Source: Utricularia gibba
Taxonomy: Eukaryota > Plantae > Magnoliophyta
DNA: 27,390 nucleotides
Assembly (NCBI GenBank): GCA_002189035.1
Contig: NEEC01000421.1
Coordinates: 1-27,390, forward strand
Direction of reading: 5' to 3'
The notes beneath the pieces were generated by a model. The model saw only the letters and a list, made by a program, of their open reading frames with translations, was not told the DNA's origin and searched no databases. The translations under genes and the position numbers were made by a program. Shown in pieces: positions 25,951 to 27,390 of this stretch; positions within the stretch are counted from its first letter, which is position 1, and each line of letters starts with the position of its first letter.

Positions 25951-27390
25951 ACCCATGGCATCTTAAATGATCATCTCGAAATCCAAAATTTCACATCGTC
26001 CCATGAAATACATATGTCTTGCATGTCAAAAATCACATTCGCATCGAGTCAGGTGTCCCGAGTCACATTTTCGCGAACGTGGTGGCCACTTCGTTGCACA
26101 TCTGAAGGCTAATATAAGGCAATCTTTCGAGCATTTGTGCCTCCTCGGACGAACAAGTTCTCAACACGAAAGAAGACCGGCTCGGAACGAGCTTCGAAAC
26201 GGTATGATATGTGCAACATGACTCATCACCGTTCGCAAGATATCCACTCGATACCGAAGAGTGCACGAGGCCACCATGAGGTGTGGCTAGGACACACCCT
26301 TAAATGATCATCTCGAAATCCAAAATTTCACATCGTCCATGAAATACATATGTCTTGCATGTCAAAAATCACATTCGCATCGAGTCAGGTGTCCCGAGTC
26401 ACATTTTCGCGAATGTGGTGGCCACTTCGTTGCACATCTGAAGGCTAATATAAGGCAATCTTTCGAGCATTTGTGCAGCCTCGGACGAACAAGTTCTCAA
26501 CACGAAAGAAGGGCTCGGAACGAGCTTCGAAACGGTATGATATGTGCAACATGACTCATCACCGTTCGCAAGATATCCACTCGATACCGAAGAGTGCACG
26601 AGGCCACCATGAGGTTGTGGCTAGGGACACACCCCATCTTAAATGATCATCTCGAAATCCAAAATTTCACACGTCCCATGAAATACATACGTCTTGCATG
26701 TCAAAAATCACATTCGCATCGAGTCAGGTGTCCCGAGTCACATTTTCGCGAATGTGGTGGCCACTTCGTTGCACATCTGAAGGCTAATATAAGGCAATCT
26801 TTCGAGCATTTGTGCCTCCTCGGACGAACAAGTTCTCAACACGAAAGAAGACCGGCTCGGAACGAGCTTCGAAACGGTATGATATGTGCAACATGACTCA
26901 TCACCGTTCGCAAGATATCCACTCGATACCGAAGAGTGCACGAGGCCACCATGAGGTTGTGGCTAGGACACACCCTTAAATGATCATCTCGAAATCCAAA
27001 ATTTCACATCGTCCCATGAAATACATACGTCTTGCATGTCAAAAATCACATTCGCATCGAGTCAGGTGTCCCGAGTCACATTTTCGCGAACGTGGTGGCC
27101 ACTTCGTTGCACATCTGAAGGCTAATATAAGGCAATCTTTCGAGCATTTGTGCCTCGGACGAACAAGTTCTCAACAAAAGAAGAGGCTCGGAACGAGCTT
27201 CGAAACGGTATGATGTGCAACATGACTCATCACCGTTGCAAGATATCCACTCGATACCGAAGAGTGCACGAGGCCACCATGAGGTTGTGGCTAGGGACAC
27301 ACCCATGGCATCTTAAATGATCATCTCGAAATCAAAATTTCACATCGTCCATGAAATACATATGTCTTGCATGTCAAAAATCACATTCGC

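Larger units (their letters stand above)
25616..25962 (+). repeat. Representative full-length long-form monomer (347 bp, ends ...GACACACCC-ATGGCATC)
   Basis: Anchor-to-anchor distance is 25967-25620 = 347, equal to my hand-built consensus length, with no indels versus consensus. Used as the coordinate reference for motifs below. Confidence 0.95.
1..27390. repeat. Tandem satellite-type array, monomer 339-347 bp, about 81 head-to-tail copies, family not identified; runs off both window ends
   Basis: The anchor TTAAATGATCATCTCGAAAT recurs 81 times (ATG at 171, 512, 852, 1180, 1514 ... 26643, 26980, 27317). Spacings are 328-348 bp, mean about 339. The same peptide fragments (e.g. HFVAHLKANIRQSFEH) recur throughout the ORF track. 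I saw no inversion, insertion of foreign DNA or unique spacer. Confidence 0.99.

Noticed and set aside
25616-25962. 5S rDNA, spliced-leader or snRNA tandem gene unit
   Set aside because: There is no resemblance to the 5S rRNA or SL exon sequences I know. Sm-site-like strings on the minus strand (GATTTTTGA, AATTTTGG) are short and expected by chance. An Rfam scan would be decisive.
25936-25987. Pol III A-box/B-box-like pair (TGGCTAGGG ... CTCGAAATCC), suggesting tRNA/SINE origin
   Set aside because: Both boxes miss consensus positions and I could not build a cloverleaf. tRNAscan-SE or a SINE search could revisit this.
119-27306. All listed ORFs (60-193 aa) on both strands, including a repeated-protein or polyprotein interpretation
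   Set aside because: They are translations of the same monomer in shifting frames. Copy-to-copy indels are not multiples of three, the frames are stop-interrupted in every unit, and I recognise no protein domain. The longer ORFs (e.g. 18141-18722, 15471-16010) arise only where indels happen to join frames.
1-27390. CRISPR array or repeat-spacer cassette system
   Set aside because: There are no unique spacers. The sequence between conserved blocks is the same in every unit apart from a few dimorphic sites, and there are no cas or other genes.
1-27390. Rolling-circle concatemer of a single ~340-nt circle (viroid-like RNA, eccDNA or library artefact)
   Set aside because: The unit size is in the viroid range, but linked multi-site haplotypes, an 8-bp dimorphism, multimer periodicities and regional allele shifts are not expected from repeated copying of one template. 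I also recognised no pospiviroid central conserved region or intact ribozyme. It is not formally excluded without read metadata.

Overview
The whole 27,390-bp window is one head-to-tail tandem array (satellite-type DNA) with no unique sequence, gene, RNA gene or array boundary. Using the anchor TTAAATGATCATCTCG I counted 81 anchors by hand (ATG at 171 to ATG at 27317; mean spacing about 339 bp), or about 80.7 monomers, all in the same orientation. The consensus monomer is 347 bp in the long form and 339 bp in the short form. It is about 48% GC and CpG-rich (24 CpG, observed/expected about 1.2). All ORFs in the track are translations of this monomer and are not credible genes. I could not assign the repeat to a named family or organism. 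The informative signal is internal. (1) Two linked monomer haplotypes differ by an 8-bp indel (ATGGCATC), a 2-bp swap and CpG transitions. (2) There are candidate 7-mer and 6-mer higher-order blocks and a compositional switch near 16.7-17 kb. (3) A 50-bp apparently invariant core contains a CENP-B-box-like 17-mer. (4) The monomer has a nested degenerate inverted-repeat (foldback) architecture and a near-miss hammerhead-like motif arrangement. Many small deletions look like long-read or consensus error, so fine-scale variant claims need confirmation on accurate reads. All counts are manual.
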